NCBI GenBank assembly: GCA_028023455.1 | Contig: JAQFVV010000001.1 | Location: 13,454,001 to 13,518,000, forward strand | DNA length: 64,000 nucleotides | Source of the DNA: Epiperipatus broadwayi | Taxonomy: Eukaryota; Animalia; Onychophora | Reading direction: 5' to 3' | In this document: one piece after another, positions 38,901 through 52,386 of the stretch | Position numbering within the stretch: position 1 is the stretch's first letter | How the letters are laid out: the number at the start of each line of letters is the position of its first letter | Translations under genes and position numbers: made by a program | The notes under the pieces: model-generated | Told to the model about the DNA's origin: nothing | Databases searched by the model: none | What the model saw: only the letters and a program-made list of their open reading frames with translations

Positions 38901-39210
38901 AAAAATCAGAACCATAAAAGAAAGAGACAATCGAATATCATCACATGATTCATTTAATAGCACATGGGATCTTTTGACATTTAAAGATCAGGTTGGATAT
39001 TATAAATTACCTTTCGTTTTAGAAAAGACACACACGCACACATATATATATATAAAACTGTATTTTTGTTCTACCTTTTTTTATTTAATTGTTAACATTT
39101 AGCAGATTCTGCCTATTGAACTTAATTTGACAATTGATTTTATCATACAATATTATTTATTTATTTATTTTCTGGATTAATAAAGTTTGTTTTTGATAAA
39201 AAAAAAAAAA
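35960..39210 (+). mobile_element. Divergent L1/Tx1-group LINE, copy 2 (older, multiply frameshifted)
   Basis: Collinear with copy 1: LGDFN, FSDH, SRGYIRW, PGLHG, QLDIVAAF, SIPQ, AYMDD, zinc finger CGLCHKDEDTIEHIF; ends AATAAAgtttgtttttgat + A13. The 5' boundary is approximate and no TSD was found. Confidence 0.9.
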
Positions 39211-42200
39211 TGTTAAGAACATTCTGCAAATCATTCTTTAAACAACAGGCAGTAATAATAGAAAAAAAAAACAATCGTAAGAAAATCTGGAAGCCAAGAA
39301 ATTAAAAATTCCACGGTTAATCTATGTTATATTTTGATGTCTGTTTTATGAAGCTTCTTTTAACTTGTTTTAAAGGTCATTGTTATAAAAATAAAAAATA
39401 AAATTCTAGATGGCATATTTTTTATAAGATTTCATTTCAAATGCTTCAGATTTTCTATCAACATTAAAAATAACATCTTTCATATTATCAAGTACAATTT
39501 GTATTGTATGAATAAATTTTAATGGATAACTAATTAATTTCAAATATTCACCACAACTTTTTGATAAAGCAATATTTAAGACTAGCCGTTGTTTCTTTAT
39601 ATATATATATTTGGATGTTCCTGATTTTTTTTAAATGTCAGAGAATTGAATACAACTTATGCAATAAAATCATTAAAGGTAATTTTGCTATAGTTTATAA
39701 CAATATATAATGTCATAAATTTCCTAAAAATTCCAAACATTTTAAAGCTAATACATCACTACTATATTTTATAACTTCATAAATCTTCCAAAATTACACT
39801 TTTTTTTTTAAAGAGATTAAAGTGAACTGGCTCTGAAGAAGACTGCAGGACAGTTGTAATTTTTTAATATGAAAATATAACAGATATTTCCACATTATAT
39901 ATTTAATGCAAAAAAAAAGGAAAAAAAAAATGGAGCAAGAAATTTATGCTGTATGTAATTAAATGTTATTCTACAATCATTTAATTTTATTATCACAGAA
40001 CTAATGGCACAAAGCCATCTATCAATTCAAATAAATGATATTAAACTAGAAAAAAAAAAGAGAACAAATAAAAATGCATTGAGAGAAACCAGAAAATATT
40101 GCAAACAGTCTGCAGCCTTTAAAGAGTCAATCTAATTTTGTACAAAACAGCCAAAGATACCCTGATTGGGCATTAATTGTTGATTATTCAGAATTTACCC
40201 TGTTTTATGATCATTTCGCTGTTTTCTATCCATAGTCAGTCCAGAACTTAACACTAATACAATTGCTATAGTAAAAAAACACTACAGATAAATGCAATTA
40301 AAAAATTTGATTAATTACATATTTGAACAATATTGAAGAATATAATAGTTGGAGAATCCTTCCCATATAGTATTAATTAAGTGAGAATTAAAGAGTATAT
40401 TTGGGCTAGGGATAATCTCTACTTTAATAAATGATCAGTAAAAATCCTTAATATATTTCTATAAAGTGATTTGTGTCAAAGTTGTGAGTATAGAAAGTTT
40501 GACACTTGCCATCAAACAATAGCACATTTCTATATATAATACTGAAAAAAATGATGAAGATATGTATAAGAGATTGTGATCTGGGCCATCTTATGAGTGT
40601 TGGCTCATTATGAAATGCCCACCTTGGAAATGATTTATCTTTATTCACATCTTTGGTCATATGTTTCAGGAATATGTGATGGAATAGAAGTTTGAAGTAT
40701 ATAAAATATATGAAATTAAAGTATATTTAAAAAAAGTGTATATGAAGTTAAATTTCAATATGAGCTATGTATGTCTTACTCAGTTCAGAAAAGTAAAGAG
40801 ACTGTTTCAAAATGCATCCAGAATGAAATAAGTTGTCTGATTTCTGATTAATGGATGATAGTAAAATGACTGAGTTAACTTGATAAGAACAAAATTTCAA
40901 AATGTAAAATCATTGTTTTTCCACTTTGTTACTTAAACCTCTTACAATTTTGACTTTTTATATTTACTTTAATTAAAAACTATAAATGAACAACTATAGA
41001 TTTTAGAAATGCATGTTACATATTTGTGTTGAGATCAAGATGGTTGGAGCAAAATGGTACTTAGTATTTTAGTCTGGTGGTGAAATTTTAGTCTTCCTTA
41101 CTTATGGTTATTTATGATTGCTAAATATAGTACTTTTATTTAATTAAGTAAGTAAGTTTAACTTTTAAAGATTTAAAGAATCATTTGTAACAAAGTTGTA
41201 AATAATAACTCAACTTTCTGTATTAATGTCAATGTATTTAGTGGCAAAAGATGGTAGGTATATTTAAAGCCTAAATAGGCTAGTGGTAGCTAGAAGTTAA
41301 TAAAGAATGTAAAAATTCTATAGAGATCTTCAACAATTTGGCTTTGAAAATTAAATTTACTTAATTAATTAAATAAACCTACTATCAAATATTTAGAAAT
41401 CATAGATAATCATAATGATTTTAATGAAGACTAAAATTTTAACACCGGACTAATAATTAAGTAGCTGGAAAACTTTATATTATTTATGAAAGGTGATGAT
41501 CTATAATTAAATAAAAAAATAGTTCATACATTAAAATTTATAGAAAATAAATTGATTAAAATTTGTTTTATTATTATAATTATTATAAATTTGTATAAGT
41601 GATAATAACAATAATAATTAAACTAAAATACATGTAAATTATAAATCAGATTTTATAATTTATAATATTCTTCGTCTATTATTGGCAAAATGTGTATGTG
41701 TGTGTCTGAACATATAATTTTAATACCGCAGTAATTACATATTATTTATGGGTTTTTTTTTTTTTGTTATTTAAAAAAAAAACTGGTTTAACACGAAGTA
41801 TTTCTATCAATTAGATTCTGCAATTCTTTTATGTTTATGTTAAATAAAATCATTTTGCAAATAGCAAAGCAGTAAGTGAAACGATCTCTATTCAAGATTT
41901 TATAATTCTTAAGAAATTTTAATTGCACTATTTTCTGAAGAAAAAAATTGACTAATATAGCAAACTTTAAGCATCAAATCTAACTACATTATTTCATGAA
42001 TTAATTAAAACACTTCGAATATATCAAGTTGGTGTTTTCCTGAAGGTAATGATAATAGTATTTTAGATGTGATAGTATGTTGGATTATTTCCATCATGTA
42101 TCATTAAATGTCAAATGTGTAGAAAATTTTAAATTTTATTTAACTTTTCTAAATATAAACAACTGTTAGTAATAACACACAAAAACATTACAGGTTAGTA

Positions 42201-44472
42201 GAATACATAATGTTTCCAATGGTCTGGCCTAACCAGTGATGTTGCTAATCCATATATGATGCAACATAGTTATTTATTTTTTCCAATGCTTATAAGTCTC
42301 ATTAAAGTTTAATATAACTTCATGTTCATCATCTTTTACTCCTTCTTTTATTTACTAAATAAATGCTTTATTGCAATAAGAATAAAATGATAATAGGAAT
42401 AAAATATAATAAACTAATATGCAGACAAAAGAGATACACAATAAATACAATGCAAAAGTGCTTGCAAAATGAGAATATAAAACTATAATTGTTCTTAATT
42501 AAGAATTTACTCAACAAAACAAATTTTTACTTAATCTGAAGAAAAGTATAAAAAATCAAAAAGTTCTGTATAGTATTCAAATTTTTTTTTTTAAAACTAT
42601 CCATACAGAAAAATATTGTGTCAGGGTTGTGATCCAGAAAAAGTAGCATATATTTCAATGTTATTGTTCCAGAATCAAAGAAAATAGATAAAAAAAAGAA
42701 AAAAAAAAGATATATGCATAAATTATAGATAGTGATTTTAATGTATTATCAAATTATGCCACATATGGTTTAGTACAGCTCATTTATCACTTTTAGTGCT
42801 TGAACTTCTTGGGAATTTTTGCCTGAATACCATTTAATTATTATTATCATCAAAGCATGAAGATCATTAAGGATTAACAGATAATAAATAATTTAATTTA
42901 ATATTTTGTGATACAACTATTAACCCTATTCAAAGATTAAAACTTTTTTTAAGAATTAAGAAGCATTATTTTGTCTAATATTATCAAATGTAAAATATAT
43001 TTTTTTCCAGATAAAACTTTTATTATAATTAATTATCTGCCAAAGACTCACCAAATTCATTAAAATAACAATTATTTAAGACATTATTTTTTTGCAAAGA
43101 GCAAAATGTGCATAGCAATGACTTTTTCTATTATTGGATATATTTTTTTTTGATATACAACTGTATTATTTTTTGAAATAGCATAAAATGTTATACATTG
43201 TTTCTCAATTTGACTTCTAAACTCCAATAGGAGGAATCTTCAGTTGAAATCTCACTTAGTTGTTTTTTTTTTTTTGTACTTTTTTTAATCAGAGGGTTTT
43301 CTTTATCTCCAGCAACCTGATCTATTTTTTTTTGATGAAGTTGTTTTGCTCATATTTTTGTTAGAAGATAGCTGAGCATCATATATGCCAGAAATATTAC
43401 ACTGACAGAATCTCTTTTTCACCATCAATCTAAATTCACTTATTATTTTTTATAATAGATTTTCCATTCTTTTTAAACTTGAAGATGGTTTATCATACTC
43501 AATAAAATTCAATGTCTTATAAATATTTTGATTTCATATTCTTTCCTTCATTTGAGATTCACTAATTTGGCTGGAATATTTTTGCCACATCTATTCCATG
43601 AAAATCTAGCATTGTGATAAACTAGATATATAACACATTATATTTTGCCTAAATATTTTTATTATTTGAGAATCTAATTAGAGAAAAGACTTTCCTTAAA
43701 TATAAAATTTATAATACTTTCCTATGGCATTTTATATGCTAATAGGAATATTTAGTAAAGTATTAAATAAATAAAAAAAATCATATTTATCCACTGAGAA
43801 AATTGAATTTAAAAAGGGAAGGGGGTGCGCTTTTTCCTCCTAATATTTTAAAGTTTTTTATTTTTTGCAATACTTATATTTTAAAATAATTAATATTTTA
43901 TACTTATTATCAATATTTTTTCCCCACATAAATTAAAATAGTATTGAAACCACATTACATTTATAGATCTTTATTAATACATAATTTTAATTATGCTAAA
44001 AAACTACAATTTATTTTTAAAAAATAACATTTTTAATTTAATGAGATAGATCAACCTTCAGTTTATTATTTTATATTATTTTGTAACAATATCTAAATAT
44101 AAATTTTAGCTGACAATTCATACATATATATATTGTTTTGCTTAATATTTTCTTTATACTCAAATTATAAAACATAATTTATTACAGTAATATTTTATAC
44201 AAAATTTTATCAATTAGAAATTAATGTTATATATGTGTCTATATAATACTATGTTTAGATGCTCAGAATACCCAATGATGCTATGACAGTAAAGTAACTT
44301 GTTGATCACAATAGCCTCTTTAATTAAGCAAACAGATTTTTTTTTTTAAAAAAAAAAAGTTTTATTTGCCTTAACTGAAAAAAGGTTCACAGAACTGCAA
44401 TTTTTTTTTTAAAAAAATCCACTTCTGATATTTAATTCTATATCTTCTTCAACATTATTAAGAACATATCAG

Positions 44473-44583
44473 TAACGACAATAATTCTATATATATATAT
44501 ATATATTATTTTAAAGAATGATATACATATAACGACAATAATTCTATATATATATATATATATTATTTTAAAGAATGATATAT
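44473..44583. repeat. 57-bp tandem duplication containing a (TA)n tract
   Basis: taacgacaataattctata(ta)n ttattttaaagaatgatata occurs twice, at 44473 and 44530. Confidence 0.9.
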
Positions 44584-47500
44584 GTAATCATTGACAGTTA
44601 TCAAACAAGTAGCTCTTTCTAATTAACAAATTCCTCTTATAAATATAATTAGGGCAGAGGAAATATATATTTTTAAAAACAATTTTATACATATATATAT
44701 AATCATAAGACATATGAAACCCAAATTATCTTTTTAAAATCATATATTATTATGTAATCGGTTTTTTAAAATGAATTAATGAATTTTATGTGGTACACAT
44801 TTATTTATATGATTAGTTAATAATATTTAGTAATTAGCAAAAAAAAAGTTTTGCCAAAAAATTTAAATAATTTACTTCAATAATTTTTATTGTTTATAAT
44901 ATATTTTAAATGCAGTTAAAACATCTATTTAATTTTGACATATTGCCTATTCATTTATAAATAATAGTCTAGTTAATCAATATTATTTTTTATTAAATTA
45001 CACAATTTTTTTTACTTTGAATGTACTTTAAAAATAAATAAATTTCAAATTTTTAAAGATTGATTACATATGTATGCATTGAAAAATATGTTAATTTTTT
45101 AAATTTAAAATATTAATTAATGGATTTTTAAATGTAAAATTAAGGAATAATGCACAATTCGAAGTACAGTATAGAAGAGCTAAATACAATACTAAGTTTT
45201 TATTTTCTTTTATAATTTTCAGTATTACTTTTTTTAAAAAAAAAAACAAATAAAAACAAGTATATATAAATAGTTGTCTATTTATACAAGATAAAACAAA
45301 GAGATGAAAATTGATGATTTCCACCTTTAAAAATTTTAAATTAAAAAAAATAAATATGTTAATTAGGACAAAAGCATAAAAAAAAATTGTAAAAATAATA
45401 ATATAAATATGAATTATCAATGAATACCAGATGGCAAATCCTCAGATATTTTTGGGTATTGGATAAAATCAATAACAAGTATGGGGATGCATATATCCAG
45501 CGCCTATTATTATTTCTTTTATACTACTCAAGACAATGATTTGAATGTTTCAGCAGACTAAGATTTTAAACCCATGATCAACTTACTACTCTAGGGATAA
45601 CACTATAATAGCAACCACATTTTTATAACCTCAGATATATGCTAACTATATATAATTTTATTATTTTTTCATTAGAAATAATGGAATATACCAAAAACTA
45701 AAGTATCATATGACTCTCCTAGCTCACATTTACCATTTGCATTAACAGCAGTAGAACATTTTAGATGATTCTGTTCTAAAACCATTTATATATGCTTGAA
45801 TAATCAATAGACAATAAATAGCAGAATTAAAACGATTACCATAATACATTTTGATTATGGGACTTTGATCAAAAGTTCTTAGAGATAATATAAAATTGAA
45901 GCTATTACATGGGTCATAATTAATATAATGTCAGAGCTATACTATTAGTCAATGAAGTTGTACTGGATGCAAAACTTTAAAATATTGACTTTTCAGTAAT
46001 TAGGTTGAAAAGTATAGAAGCAGTGAAAGTGGTTGCTGAATGTTACATGTAATTCAACTCTTCTCTAATAAAAGTCAATAACTGAAAACTATACTGAGGA
46101 TCTAGTTGGTGCTGCTATCAGATAGCTGTTGATTAGTCATACTTACATAGGTAAGTCTAGGGATAGAATGATTAGAGTAGAAAACATACATTAATATAGA
46201 TGTTAAGTGTATACTGAGAAACTTATGAAATACTTGCTTTGTCAATAAATCTAAAAAATAAGTTTATTAACTCTGAACTTTAAGCAAAGCAAAATCTTTG
46301 ATCGAACAATAAGTCTTAATTAAATTTTTTTATAGCATTTAATCATAGAATTTAATGATAAAAAAATCCTTAAGCTTATGAGATATATCATACCATTTAC
46401 ACCTTCCTTAAACACTTTATCAATACTTTTATTCATATCAAACTAACAGTTTTGATTGTCCTGCAGTCATCATCATAGCTCTTGTTAATTCTATTTCCAA
46501 AACCCAACTCTAAAGTGTTTAAGAAAGGTGTAAATGGTATGATATATTAAAATAGAAATCAATACATAGAAGTAGAAAATTATATTACTTACGAGATATA
46601 ATAATAAATAATCTATATTTGTGAGTATACATCTTTGAAGGATTGGAAAGATGAAATTGATAAAGAATAACAGCTCTTTCAAAAAGTATTTTCTATTAAA
46701 CTTAAGTATAGTTTCTATAAAGAGATTCTATTTTTAGTATAGATGCATTATAGAGATATAACATCAATTGTTTTATTGTGAAAATATGACTGAAAATAAA
46801 ATACAATAGAAAACTACAATCCAGTAAAAGTTTTTTTTTTTTAATAAGTAGAAGATTTTCTGCATTCTAGTTTGAAAGACAGCAATACAAGTTGTCCAAT
46901 AAAAAAACCCTGATTAAAGTTGTGTATAATATATGTAGATGCATTTAATGTCCATAGATTGAGATTATAATAATTATACAACTCATTTATAATAATTACA
47001 ACAATATTATATGCCACTTATAAAATAGATTTAAATAATGAATATCAATAAATACAAAATAAAAGTATGAGCATTTGAAGACCTATAGATTTGCTTAATA
47101 GAAGAAACTTGGCTGCAATCCATTTTAGGAGATATTACCACAACCATATGTTTGAAATGTAAAATCATTAATTATGACATTTAACATATAAGAGTGTAGC
47201 GTAAGAATAAATGAAAAAGTGTACTGTTAAAAAGGTGGCAATTGTTATGCTTTTGTACAAAGAGTATAATAGATATATTTTTGAACATCATTACATTAAA
47301 ATATGTATCTACAATAAAAAAAATTTATAAACCAATAAAGAATATTTAATAATAATTTAGATATTTATTAAAAAGGGAATTGTTGTGCTGGTTAAAACTA
47401 CAGCACAGAAAATGTATATCTATAATATATATGTGCATATGTAAGCATTAAAACTGGTCAACACTTAGACAATCCCAATATCAATAACAATCAACAACCT

Positions 47501-48539
47501 CAAACTGTTGTCAAGGCAATTTTTTAATAATAAAGATTATTTAGATTAATGCAGACTTTGAATTATGATAATTCAACATCAAAAATCAAAATAGTTTGCT
47601 AAAAATTATCTATTATAGGACATTATACCATGAGATTCTTTCTCTCTTCCACTCATTATATATATATCAAGATAATTAAAATGATCCACATTGTCAACTG
47701 ACAATTGTGCTATTTATTTTTTTTAATTAAAAAAAAAAAGATTTACATGCACAAAATATTCTTAATATTTTGAATATTAGTTATAAAAATGTTGTTGCTT
47801 TATTAGCCATGACGTAAGCATATTTGACATGGGTAGTTATCAGTTGATCATTTTAATTATCTTGCTAATTTATAATAAAATATGGGCTTGCATACAGAGG
47901 CAGTATTCAGATTTTAGTAGCTGCTACTTGTCAAGTTAAAATAGAGAATATTTTATCATAACTGTACAATCATTTCAACTAAATTTCTCGTTTACAGGGC
48001 GCTAGCTATTCTATAAATTTTTACATGGATGTGAGCCATAGAACTTATTATAAACAGTGAACAAATTTATTTAAAATGTTTTTTTTTAATATTGTGAAAA
48101 TGACAGCAAGATCATAAGATAAATCAATATTTTCTTTAGCTTATTGGATGTGTGATATTCAATCTACTGTTGTAAGAGAGCGTCTTCACTAGCTTGGGTA
48201 TGTAAAATGAATAAAAAGCAAAATATTTCCTAGAAAAAAACATTTAGTGACCTTTATAGCAAGCAACTCTTACTTTTTTATAATTAATACCTTCAATGGA
48301 AGCATATAACTGAAGGTAGAATATAATGGAGAGCTAAAACTAGGCAACATATTGAAGTTAAAAATAGAAAGAAAAATATATAAATGGTTTAATTAAGAAC
48401 AATAAAGAACCAAATATGGTCAAGATAATATATATATATATATATATCATTTTCAATCACTATCTTTCCAATGCAAGATGAAAATTTCAAATATAATCCA
48501 GTTTCTCACATCACACAACAAACTTTCTTCTTTCACCAA

Positions 48540-49240
48540 TACATCTCATAAGTGATTTTTTGTAGGTTGTTTACAATTTTGGACTGCAGTTTAAATATTT
48601 AATTATCCATCTATGAACATCTATTTTAGAAATCTTTCCAGCCCATTTCCATTTTAGTATCTTCATTCTTTCAATGATGTAAATTATATCTGTTTGTTCA
48701 ATTAGTCATGTATTTTATTTCTGATATTTTCTTTTATTCCTAATATACATCTCTCCATACTTTGTTGAGTAGTCTGAAATCTATATTGCTTTTCTGTTAA
48801 GTGTTTTTTAAATCTATAAGTAAGAACTGATAAATCACATATATTAAAAACTTTCCTTTTCAAACATATACAGATCTTACCTTTTAATACTAAGTAATTT
48901 CTACTAAAAGCACTCCACCCAAGTTTAATTCTATGATTAATTTCATCTATTACATTTTTATCTACATTGATTATATAATCAAGATATTTGCAATTGCCAA
49001 TTTCTTTTAATTCATGATTATCAAATCTTTATTTCTTTTTGAAAATATTCAATGAACATTATTTTAGTTTTTTTTTACCATTTATCTATAGTCTTACTTT
49101 CTTATTTTCATTTGATAACTCTTGTTCCTGAAGTTATGAAGCATTATTTGTAAAAATAACTACATCGTTTGCAAAATCTAAATGATTTAAATAATCTGTT
49201 TACTTTTACTCCATTAGCTTCCCATTTAAATCCATAACAT
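48540..49240 (-). pseudogene. Decayed RTE-1-type LINE fragment
   Basis: Minus strand reads KWEANGVKV..HLDFANDVV (HLRFADD) and KWKWAGK (KW.WAGH); same family as the 27-kb remnant. Confidence 0.7.
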
Positions 49241-49389
49241 AAATAAACACTTGGATTAATAATCAAAAAAAGTAAATAAAAGTAGAACTGAAGTAGATGC
49301 ATATAACATTAAATAGAGAATAAGTAAGTTAAATAAATAAATAAAATTAAATATTATTACTTGAAAAGTAGAATGTAGAACGAATTTAG

Positions 49390-50290
49390 AAAATGTAATA
49401 CAGAGAGCGCACCAGTAGCTCAAACAAGCTCTTAATTGATAAGTGCGGTGAGAAAAAATATTTAAAATCTCTATCTGGAACATTCTTATCCCAGACCAAT
49501 TGTTTTTGAGCTTATGTCTCACCTCGGTAAGGAGCTAGAATGTTCAGACCCTGGTCAAGCATTGGTGGTCGAGAGGTCAGTGGTGGCTGCTTTACAAGCA
49601 GTTGTCCTGGGTTAGCGGGTTCACTTCCCAGCTGATACTATGACACATGAGAAAAAAACAAAAAAACTCTGCACTAATTTCATATGTAATATTTAAGCAG
49701 AAACTCAGAAGTTTTTACATGAAAATGTCTTTTATTCCAGCTATCTAACTTAAATATAACATCAATTAGGAGCTTATTTGAGCTATTGATATGCTCTCTG
49801 TATTACCTTTTTATAAATACAAGCTTATAAAAGCAATGTCACACTATATACGACTTGCTTTATTGATTATTATAATTTTACCTTTAAGGCTTTGGCAATG
49901 CTGAGGCTATTAATATATGGTAGATCTGAATTTGGTTCAGTCACATATAGCTATTTAAGTTAGATAGCTGGTGTAAAAGACATTTTCATGTCCAAAAACT
50001 TCAGAGTTTCTGCTTAAATATGTATGAAATGAGTGCTGAGTTTTGAGTTGATATTTTAGATCTAGGGTCTGAATATTCTAGCTATCCACTGAGGTGAGCC
50101 ATAAGCTCAAAACCAATTGGTCTGGGGATAAGAATGTTCCAGATAGAGATTTTAAATATTTTCTCTCACTGCACTTATCAATTAAGAGCTTGTTTGAGCT
50201 ATTGGTACACTCTCTGTGTTATATTTTTGTAAATACAAGCTTCTAAATGCAATGTCATGCTACATATGACTTGCTTTATTGATTATTAAA
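49390..50290. repeat. Inverted pair of an unclassified ~350-bp repeat (49390-49756 and 49952-50225) plus a direct partial copy (49764-49872 versus 50180-50290)
   Basis: Long exact shared stretches, e.g. aaaatatttaaaatctctatctggaacattcttatccc and its reverse complement; gctcaaacaagctcttaattgataagtgc. Confidence 0.9.
49559..49666 (+). repeat. tRNA-Val(TAC)-derived short SINE
   Basis: A-box TGGTCGAGAGG; anticodon arm gctgc-TTTACAA-gcagt; gtcctgggtt and B-box GGTTCACTTCC; tail atgacacatg plus A-rich end. Absent from the sister inverted copy. Confidence 0.7.
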
Positions 50291-51499
50291 TAATTAAATA
50301 TAAAAAATAAATAAAAACAATTTGTTAGTCAAAAAAGTAGTTACTCAAAGAATATGCTGCATTATTTATATGATTTTTAATTATATGCTATCAAAAAATG
50401 TAAGTAAAAAAAGTAAACAAATAAATAATAAAAATATGAAATTCACTAAATTATTAAATTTTACAAACCTCAGTATGCTGGCAGCCATTTTTCCTTACTA
50501 AATATAATGTTCCCAAATTTTAAATGCAAATATGTTTAACTACATTTTTTTTACAATTCAGTATAATTTCAGTACCATACATGTAAATAAGCAATAATAA
50601 ATAAATAAAATTAAAATTAATTTAACAAATTTTATGATGCTGCTGTAATCATTTTTCATCTCAGAGCATCATATGTGATTATGTTTGTAAATAATGTTTC
50701 TCTGACTTAAATTAAAACCTTCATTTTATTATTCTTTCAAAATTTGATTCACACAATAAAATCTTTTTCAAGTGTAATGCTAAAAGTTTAATGAAATTTA
50801 GGAATATTCATAAAGTTAATACAGACTTAAAAATGCTAAAACAATTAGAGAAGGCAAGCCTCTGACATAAGACTGCTATTATGTTTATGTTATGTTTGTA
50901 CTAAAAAAAGTCATTGAAAAAAAAGAATACAGTCTAGAGCATATTTAATTCTGATGAAAGTGGGAATTCTACTCATTCATTTTTTTTTTTTTTAAAAAAA
51001 AAAGGGAAAGATATGATATAATAAGTTATTTTATTTTTTGAATGAGTGTGAGTGAATAAGCACACAGTAAATATATATGTATTCTTTAATTTATTATTAA
51101 TAACTAAATTATTGTTATTTTTATACTTTTGTTTATACTATAACTCTAATTTATGTATGCATTTTATAGATTAAAAAATGTTATGTAAAAAAATAATATT
51201 GTCAATAGACAATATGAATTTATTGTAATCAAAACTTAGCAATAAAATCAGAGATATTATATGCAATATATAATGTATATGAAGGAATGAGATAAAAAAT
51301 AAAATATTGTGTTCCACTTGAACATCAAAAAATATTGAAACAAAATTGAGTTTTTGTTAATAGGCATGAAATTACTATAGCTTAACAAAATAATGAACAC
51401 ATTTAATCTTAACAAGTCTTTAACATTTTTTCCCCATTTATTCAATCATTGAATAAGTAACTGAATAACTTTATTGCTCAGAAGTTCATAAGAAGTTTG

Positions 51500-51590
51500 A
51501 GTGTTGGAAGTGACAGACTGCTGGGAATGATACATGGATTTTCAACTCCAGAGCCTGCCACTCTATTACTGCACTAAACTATGTGGAGCT
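51500..51590 (-). repeat. MIR/CORE-like tRNA-SINE head remnant
   Basis: Reverse complement agagtggcaggctctggagttgaaaatccatgtatcattcccagcagtctgtcactt resembles tRNA-SINE heads (ggctctggagt...ttcgaatcccagctctgccactt). Confidence 0.4.
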
Positions 51591-52012
51591 TAATCATTTA
51601 TATAATAAAATAACCAAATAAATTAATTATTTAATATAACAAGCATTGTCATACTCCTAAATAATATTTAATGAACTTAATACAGTAAAATATATAAATG
51701 TATACACACAAGTACACACATATATGCATATAATTAACATAAAATAAAATTGGCTAGCAAGAATAGACTATAATATCAATCTAGTTTAATAGTTTAAATT
51801 TAAATATACAACTATTTTTATAAATATCTCATTATTATTATATTGCTTTTAAACGTTCTATATTCTCAATATACAGTAAAGCATTAAACTATCCAGTTAT
51901 TGAAAGACTCAAGCTTCACTCTAACCATAGTCAATTCATAAAAAAGTAATTATTTACATCTTTTCACTTTCTATCTTTTGCCAATAACTGCTACCATTAT
52001 ATATTACAACAC

Positions 52013-52386
<374 letters not shown>

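Noticed and set aside
39211-39226. gttaagaacattctg after the poly(A) of LINE copy 2, resembling a Charlie-type TIR
   Set aside because: Imperfect match, opposite polarity to the copy-1 junction, no TA-centred TSD; not counted as support for targeting.
40448-46682. Several 60-110-aa Ile/Phe/Leu-rich ORFs in AT-rich DNA (also 20334, 23608, 23968, 49256, 51257, 59542)
   Set aside because: Composition-driven ORFs without splice context or recognisable motifs.
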